Part shown: piece by piece, positions 50,534-64,000 of the stretch
Layout: the number at the start of each line of letters is the position of its first letter
How positions within the stretch are numbered: the first letter of the stretch is position 1
NCBI GenBank assembly: GCA_021613535.1
Contig: CP075496.1
Coordinates: forward strand, 14,508,001 to 14,572,000
Source: Adineta vaga
Lineage: Eukaryota > Animalia > Rotifera
Reading direction: 5' to 3'
Length of the DNA stretch: 64,000 nt
Translations under genes and position numbers: made by a program
The notes under the pieces: model-generated
The model's input: only the letters and a program-made list of their open reading frames with translations
Told to the model about the DNA's origin: nothing
Database searches by the model: none

Positions 50534-52999
50534 TCTAAATTTTATATTTAGATTTTCGTTTTTTCATTGGAAGTTTTTGAAATTTATTTTTTAAAAATAA
50601 ATTTTCATTTTCTCTTTTGTTTTTCTTTTTTCTAATTAAGTTCTTTTTTTTGTTTTAATGAAATAAATAAATAAATGAAACAAAAACGAAAAAGCGAAAT
50701 AACTGAAGAGAAAATGATGAATTTGTGCTCTACTGGTCATGCGAATCGAAGAAGATCGCCCACGGCTCAACGTGTAGAAGAATCGATTTCTTACCTATCG
50801 TCCCTTTATAGCTTCCTTTCCTCGTCGTCGTTGTTCGTTTTTCGTCCTCGTCGTTATTCTTCGTCACAGATCAATGCTTTTACTTTTTCATCAATATTCA
50901 AACGTATCTTTTTTCTCTCTATCAAAACATTTTCTACCAATGAAATCATTTCGTTTCTTTTTTTCTTTTCTCTCGAATGTTCTTTTATATTTATCATTCA
51001 TTTAAATTTTATTGGTAGATTCATTTCTCCGTCTTCGTCTTCTATCTATATGGACTTTTTTTTTGTTCTATATTCATCAGATAAAATATCTTTTCTTTAT
51101 TATTATATAACATTCTTATACAATACAATAATTCAATCTTGATCTTATTTAAGATAATCGATTATCTTTTAAGATGATATTAACACTTTTCAATATCTTC
51201 TTTTTAGTTTTATTTTCATAATTGATGATTTTTATCATTGAAGAAGATATTTTATCCTTTTTAAATATCTTTTATATCCATGGGCAAATATCTTTTCTCT
51301 TAAATTATCGTTGATTTACAAGAAATAACGAAAAATTCATTCTCATTTAATATCTTACTTAGATAAACAGAAGAAAAAATATTGAACATTTGGTAAATAA
51401 AAACAATCATAATGAGAATATAATAACATCATTTTCATTTAATCGTATTATTCGAGGAGACAAAAAGTTTGAAAAAAAAACACATTTTCACACACGATAC
51501 GATCAGAAATTATGATTATGACCTATATTCACGCTCAACAAACGGATGTCGTTTTTTTTAAAAGATAATTTCTAATCTTAGTGCGTGAAAATGTTAGTTT
51601 ATAATGTTCCTCTATTTTTGTGCATTTTTTTCCGATTGATAATGAAAAAGAAAAATTATATTTTATGTTTTATTTAGTAATAATTAATTCTACAAATGAG
51701 ATGATCTACTCTACGAATTTGCAAATCGACAATGAAGGTCTTAACTCTTCAGTTTTAGAAAATATTCATGATGAATTATTTATCCACGTAAGGATGTTGA
51801 ACAAGAATGAGGATATTAACTGGATACGAGTTTAACATACAACATTTCAAATGCTAAAATACGTAGCATGAAGATCTGTCAAGTAATCATCAAATCATAA
51901 GCCAACATGGCACTCTGTACATTGATAACGTGAAGGCATCTTTTCTTTTCGAACGTTTCATATAATATGCATTCGAGAACTACGCAAGAGTCAACTGTGT
52001 GAACGCATCATTACATGATTATCATGGTATTAAACCAGATACAGTATGACAATAATAACAGAGAAAATTTGACGACGATAGACTTGCTGATTTCTTACAT
52101 AAATGTTGGTATTATAATCAAGTATGATATGTAATACTCCTTTAACCACTCGATTGAATATTCAGTATTTGAATCTACAAATGTTAATGATTATCGAAAA
52201 ACTGATTTATCAACATTCTGTTATTTTATTTTAACAATGATGTGGAAGATCATCTATTTATTTTTTGGATAAATTTTGTATTCCAAATGGAAAACATCAG
52301 CAATGAAAAAAATTTCAATTGATCAGTATTCTGCGATCAATTATATGGTCGAATGTAAAAGAAATGGAATTTAAAAAAAAACAGTTTTGAAGTGATTTTA
52401 ATTGAAGATGAAATAAATATAATTGATAAGTTGATTTATGTCCCAATTGTTTGTAAAAAAACACGATTTATAGAATTTTCTAATTTTCGGTTAAATTTAT
52501 ATTTTTTCTTCTATAATAAAAGCTTAATAATTTGAAAACATTTTCCTAAAATCTGTTCCTACAAGACAAATAAAGGAGATTTCTTTTTCATATGGAATTG
52601 TTGATTTAATTGAAGGGGTAAAACTTGCCGCCATAATTCATCATCGTTTTCTTCACTATTTCTAATAATTATTTAACATTTTTCGAAATCAAAAAATAAA
52701 TCTTAGCATCGTGCAAATGTATCATTAGTTAAAATATACCCAAGAAATTCTTTCATATATCTATATATTACTAGATAAATTAAAAAAAACAAATAAATAA
52801 TAAGACAATTTGAACTTTTATCATATGAAAATTTCTATTGTACTAATCACATTTGATGAGATTGATTATTCTTGCTTTGAATTAGATAGAACAGATGTGT
52901 ACATTTTTTTCAGATCATTCTTTGTTCATAGATGAGCTTAACATCGTCATTGATACAGTCTATCGATTTCAATAAATCAAGGCTTATTTCACCTTATTA

Positions 53000-53235
53000 A
53001 ATCATAGACGAAAGAAAGATCGAGATCATAAGTGACTTGTGTCTATACTTGTTTGAATGTATGTAATGGATAGTGATACATCTAGATAGAAAATAGATAG
53101 ATTTTGCAGCACGAAAATAAAGTAGTCGTTTCTATGATTGCTCAATCGTTCTCTCATATTCTTTTCAGAAAGTCAATTGTAGTTGAGTAATGTGTCTCTT
53201 CCATTGTCATAACAAAAGTGGAGGAAAATATTGTT
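53000..53235 (+). repeat. Diverged dispersed repeat, copy A (internally deleted)
   Basis: Aligns to 58428-58595 and 58727-58797 but lacks ~130 bp present in copy B. Confidence 0.7.
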
Positions 53236-53964
53236 TAATCTTCAATTATTATATCAGTTCGTTCAAGTAAAGTGGTCGACAAAATATAGAGAAATGGCCA
53301 CACCGCGCAGACAAGAGTTGCCAAAGACGCATGAAAACACTACAACAATTCGGGAGATTTTTCGATGTCGATTGCAGTCCTCGACCGGCAACCAAGAACG
53401 TCTTAAATAGATATTCATAAAAACGTAAAAATTTTCTCAACATCCAGGATATTGGCATGATTTTATGAAGGTTTTAGGTGAATCATAGCGTTAACTCACA
53501 GAGAAACCTTCATGAGGCTTGGAAACTCCTAATAATGAGAAATTTCTACTTAAATTACGCAAATTAGGAAGAATCTGTGTTTACACGGTAATAAAATGAG
53601 TATTCTTTGCGTGTATGCAGTAGAAATATGTTGTAGACTAAGATTTTTCAGGTTGGCTTGCGAAAAAGTTTAAATTGTTGGTGTTTACACGACCATTTAT
53701 TTTTACACGCATGTGAACACCCATCAACAGGTCTTTTAAAAGAGAAGGGATCTTGTATGAACAGTTCCTCAGCTGGAATATCACCCAGTACATCAGCGTG
53801 TCTATCACTCGGGAGACAGTCTCTTTTGTGATATGTTTTTAACTGATTCATAATAATCTCACTGTAAACATATTGCACAAATGACAGAAATGTATAAATA
53901 TGTCTGGCAATTCGTTCCATATAATCTTTTTTATTTAAACGTTAGTCTAGCCAACAAAATATAG

Positions 53965-55525
<1,561 letters not shown>

Positions 55526-55659
55526 AATAAATATTTTATTCCAATACTATTTCTCTTATTATTCTCGATCAATTTCAACGAAAAATTATAGTTTTAATAA
55601 TACTCTCTTGTTTCAGATACGATATACATATTACGATCGGTTTATTTATTGATTTATTT

Positions 55660-56354
55660 ATGGGTAACGGCCCATCAAAAATAAGAATAGGGGTGAAGAT
55701 CAAATGTTATGTACACTTCATATCGAAGATCCAATGAAAGCCGGTTCTATATATCTTGTGATTCATGAACCGACAATTCAAACATGCGAAGATGATGTCG
55801 AGAAGAAAGACGTTATGCAAGTTGAGAAAACGTCGCACTTCGGTATCGCTGTTGACATAACTGGTAGATTTGAATTATTTTGTTTACTTTTCGTTGATTT
55901 CGTTTTCTGTAAAGGATCGTCCACTGCTGAAGAATTGATTGCAACACATTATGATCTGTATGTCAAAGGCGCAACAGATTTTACTACGTACATTGAAGCA
56001 AAACTGAAACGACGTCCTTGGGATTATTATCATTCAGTACGAAAAATCGGCCAATTTCCTTTGGGAGAAATTACAAGCTTTGTTATACCACATTCATTTG
56101 CACGCAATCTTGAAAATCGTTTATTACAATTCGTTTATTCTTCATTGTATCTACAAAATAATGGTGTTCGTTGGTCTTCAATATTGAATTGTCAAACTAT
56201 GACACGATCTGCCATTGAATACTTGGGTTATACATTTCCAGATGATATTCAATTGATTACTGACATTGTTCCCACCATGTTCGATCTTTATGTAAACGTT
56301 GATTTGGCGACTACACAGACATATAAAAAGTCGAAAGAGAAATTACCTCATTAA
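55660..56354 (+). CDS. Permuted papain-like (PPPDE/LRAT-type) peptidase-like protein; probable frameshift near the 5' end
   Basis: HFGIAV precedes NCQ (His-before-Cys order), with a 51-bp in-frame intron at 55864-55914. The upstream MGNGPSK start at 55660 is one base out of frame at an A-run. Confidence 0.55.
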
Positions 56355-57512
56355 GAGACAAATTTTTATTTGATTTATCTTGCTATTCAAAGCACACAAA
56401 GAAATTTGAATTTTTACTTTAAAAATATTTTCTGGGAATCATCAAAATAAATGGACCGACTGAGCTTTTAAAACTGATTCAGAATATAATGTTGTTTTTC
56501 AACTAAATCTTAAATTTCTAAGTAAAAGCGTTCTAAAAAGGTCTTGAGTATACGAAAACCATGTTCTAACACCAATGCAGCCAGATATCTCACAGATGAA
56601 AAAAAGGCTTTAAGATTTCCTATATGTTTAATTTTGTAGCTAGTAAAAAAATACTATCAGATAGTAAAAATCTGATTTGCATAGCTTTTGTTCTGAATGA
56701 GTTATTATCAGCTTGTAAATATTTGCGTCGGCGAGATGAACGATCAGTGTTTTAAGAGTCAAACCTATATTAAAATTAAAACGAATATATTGAATTATGT
56801 TTTTTAATTGCACTAAAAAGATATTTAGCTAAATCAAAATGAAAGGCTTTTCAGGTCATCTGAGTAGATTTATGTTAACGAAAATTAAATAAAAGACAAA
56901 CAACGCAAGTATCATTAAATAGAACTGATTATGTAAAGTATTATGAATATTTTAATCATTCCAAAATAACGTTTTTTTCATTTATTAACATTTATCGTAA
57001 TAAAGAAAATAGTATCTATTTCTGAAAAAAGATGAACAATCAACTAGAACAAGAAGAAAACAGCAAACATTATCTTCACTCAATTATTTATGTCATATTC
57101 ATATGGACAGTGTTTAACTATTTCTTCGACAAAGTCATCTTCCTTCTACAATTGAACTTGTCATTGACAAAGAGGTTTTACTCACAAGAATCGATTAAAA
57201 TCAACAACAGGCAATAAACAATTATTCTGGAATAGAAACAACAATAATAACAAAATCATCTGATGAATGTGTAGATATTATTCGAATATTTTTTTCCACA
57301 AACTGTCTCTATTGAATATAGAAGAGATTAATAAAATAAAACAATCAATTTTAATTAAAATTTCGTTTTTCGAATTTGTTCATCTGATTAAAAAGTGTTC
57401 ATGACTATTCTATTGCATAATTTACAAAAAAAAGGTAATCCCTTATCATTTAAATCAAAGCCAATTGTTTCTCAAAAGTTCTTTGAAATTTAATTAAATG
57501 TATTTATGAGAA

Positions 57513-58015
57513 AAAGGATGAATTTATTCAATTAATTAATCAATAACGATGAGAATTAAAATGAGACAGAAAAACACAATAAAGATGAGATGATGAATAT
57601 TCATTGAAATAAAAAAAACATGTTTGACACAAGGAAGATAATTAATTACCATGAACTCATTTTATTCAATGCCATAAAATAAATCTGACATGATGATCCA
57701 TTTCGAATTGATGAAAAAAAAACTTTTTCATTCTTTTCGCACAAATATCTTTAAGAAAAAATAAATTATATTTATTGAAAATATAAAAATAAAAATAACT
57801 TTAATTTTTGAGCTCTTTTATGCATAAAAACTCTATCCAATGTTGCTGAATCAACATTACGAATTTCAATTGCTTTATTTCCCCATCCCATAACTTTTCC
57901 ATTACTTATATATGCTAAACAAAAGATATTGAAAAAAGAAAACGAAGGTAAATAATAAAATAAACAAACCAACTGATGTTGATAATTCACCCCATTGTAA
58001 TAAAATATCTTTGGT
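57513..58015 (-). pseudogene. Partial duplicate of the MAP4K4 3' end (last CNH exons + 3'UTR)
   Basis: Matches 59616-60125, breaks off mid-exon at ~58015, and carries P>S and G>R changes. Confidence 0.88.
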
Positions 58016-58427
58016 GACTTGGCTTTTTTCTAGAAAAAAAGTGGATATTTTTTTTTCGAACCATATTTGATATTTTTCAAAATCAAAAGATAATTCTCGA
58101 CACACCATAAGTATAATATCACTTCGATCATATGCATAGAAGTATCGGACATAGTCCACATATCGTATGATACGATTCGTATCATCTAACACATGATGAA
58201 AAAAAATGACAAGAAAAATTGAACTTCTATCTTTTGAGAAATCTTTATGATCAAATAAAAGAAGATTTCTATTGTACTGATTAGATTCAGTAAGATCAAA
58301 ATTAGGGAGAATAGATGTATATTTTCTTCTCGACCATTCTTTCCAGGTGTCGATAGAATTGTTTCATATTATTATGATTCACAACTGTCTAACGATTTCG
58401 ATAAATCTAGGCATATCTTATGTGACT

Positions 58428-58797
58428 AAATCATAGACGAAAGAATGATTGCGATCATGAATGACTTGGTCCCTAGATTTGTTGGATGTGTGATCGATAA
58501 AGATGCATCGAAATAGAAAATAAAGGAAAACTTGCAGAACGAAAATAAAATAATCGTTTCTATCACTAATTCGATCATTCTCTCATATTCTTCTATCTCT
58601 CTATATAAACCGATGATCATAGCACGTTTCTCTTGCAGATAATCACAATCAAATGACGGTATGTACATATATTTCTAGATAGTCGTGAATAAAGATAGTT
58701 CCCACCTCCGCATATTGATGACCTCTTCAGGAAGTCAGTTGTAGTTGAACAATGTTTCTCTCCCTTTGTTGTAACAGAAAGGAAAAGAAACATTGTT
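58428..58797 (+). repeat. Diverged dispersed repeat, copy B
   Basis: Aligns to 53000-53235. Confidence 0.7.
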
Positions 58798-59748
58798 CTT
58801 CGCTCAATCAGCAATTAGTTCTTTGAGGAGAGAGGTCAGAAAAAAAGAAAAAATGGCCATTATAGATGTAATTTCTTAACTAAAAAGACTTAATGATTAT
58901 GTTCATGTTGTCTTTTCATATTCTAGTCGATCAATTTGCAACAAATCAAGGACCTGATTGAACATCATTTGTGGATAATACAAATACATCACGAGGTCAA
59001 ATTTCCTGGATGCAACTTTATTTGTCGACCAATGATTGAACAATTAATCAAGGAATTAAGCATCCGATACAATTTTCAATTAGTCAGTACTACGTGTATT
59101 AATGAAAATAAACATTCTTTTTTATAGAACGATTCGGACGAGACAATCACCCTTGTAAGTGGAACCGCTGGTGGCTCTAATGCTGAACCATTACAAAGAT
59201 CTAAACAAGATCTAATCAATTGTTGCGCTCGCGTATGAACTATATTTTCCAATAAATGAAATTTTTTCTTTTCTTTTTTTGCAGATGCCAGAAATTGCAA
59301 ATGGAATAAAAAATTTTATGAGTGGTGAGTTTTTCACTTTTAAAAATAAAAGTAACATCCCTTTTTTTAGGATAGGATCATCTGGTATTCTTGTTTGTGC
59401 AGCGATCTTACTCTGCTCTTCATGAACTATGCAATTTCTTCTTTGTTATTGTTTTTCGATGGTCTCCTTCTTTTTTGTGCTGATACTCTACCTTTTTTTG
59501 TTGTTGTTCTCTATGAAGATTTTTTCTCCATTAAGATGTTCTTAATATGAATAGGGATTTATTCAAATCTTTGTTTTATCGAAAGTTCTCCAAGATGTCA
59601 TTTAATGTGTATCAAAAAAGGATGAATTTATTCAATTAATTAATCAATAACGATGAGAATTAAAATGAGACAGAAAAACACAATAAAGATGAGATGATGA
59701 ATATTCATTGAAATAAAAAAACATATTTGACACAAGGAAGATGATTAA

Positions 59749-63363
<3,615 letters not shown>

Positions 63364-64000
63364 TTCATTGAAGTAACAAATGAGTATATGCTATTCTATT
63401 CTAGTCTATTCTATTCCTTTCTTTTTTTCTTTCAACATCTTGTTCTCTTCTTCTTCTTTTGATCAACCATTAACATTAACATTTGTTCAATGCCATCATA
63501 CAATATAGATGTCACACATCTACACTTATTCGAAGAATTGTACTTACCAGACATCACATATCATATTTATGACATCATGTTCATTCATTCTGTCAGTGAG
63601 AGATGAAGTTGATTTATAAGATTATTGTCGGAAGATTTCGTGTGTGCATCACTCACGCTCGAGGAATAAAAAAATCTAATCATGATAATATTATTTTATT
63701 TTCTTACAATGGACTCAAACGAACAACAGAGAGCTTCTGATGAATTCTTTATCTCTTCGACACATGTTCAAGAAGACAAAACTTTTCAGTTATTAGAAAA
63801 CCATTTTTGACCGAAGAAAAGAAATATTTCAATGAACTATTCTATTTTTGTTGTATCGGAATATAAATAATATATGCAGAATTCTTTGATTTGCCAAGAT
63901 CAATGAGAAGAAAAATTCTAATGTTTCTTACACTTGTCTAAATTAGCAAATGTATTAATACTTTTATGACTATTCATCTCAAATGGATCTTCTCATCGTA

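Noticed and set aside
51620-52375. Coding-like fragments between Pax and JNK
   Set aside because: Interrupted by stops, with no coherent gene model.
58890-59430. Exon-like fragments with splice signals on the plus strand
   Set aside because: Multiple stops and no recognisable family; possibly a decayed gene but cannot be called.

Overview
Very AT-rich eukaryotic animal DNA with many 45-65 bp GT-AG introns; it is not prokaryotic. Three things point to a bdelloid rotifer (inference): core metazoan genes (Pax2/5/8, JNK, MAP4K4/Misshapen, SLC3A-type heavy chain) sit among intron-poor foreign-looking genes (HutD, Kex1-like carboxypeptidase, Crinkler-type kinase, VP39-type methyltransferase domain); ART/TPR genes are present; and TGTGGG/TGAGGG-like motifs recur. 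I reconstructed about 24 genes or pseudogenes by hand from splice sites, plus five intron-containing tRNA-Tyr(GTA) genes and several MITEs (hAT-, MULE- and piggyBac-type). Most notable: (1) a spliced ankyrin + oligoribonuclease + VP39-type cap 2'-O-methyltransferase fusion whose nuclease site is intact but whose methyltransferase tetrad is altered; (2) five exon-identical tRNA-Tyr genes interleaved with accessory genes, two of which stop 29-38 bp before a tRNA within a shared leader; (3) a defence-like block with an active WWE-ART facing a pseudo-ART-TPR giant, a pore-former-like gene, a REase-kinase and a B-box/lamin-tail fusion; (4) a short repeat family with telomere-like arms, a fragment of which marks a junction giving JNK a hydrophobic tail; (5) a MAP4K4 3' duplicate with unalignable introns but a near-identical 3'UTR. 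All family calls come from motif recognition, not database searches.
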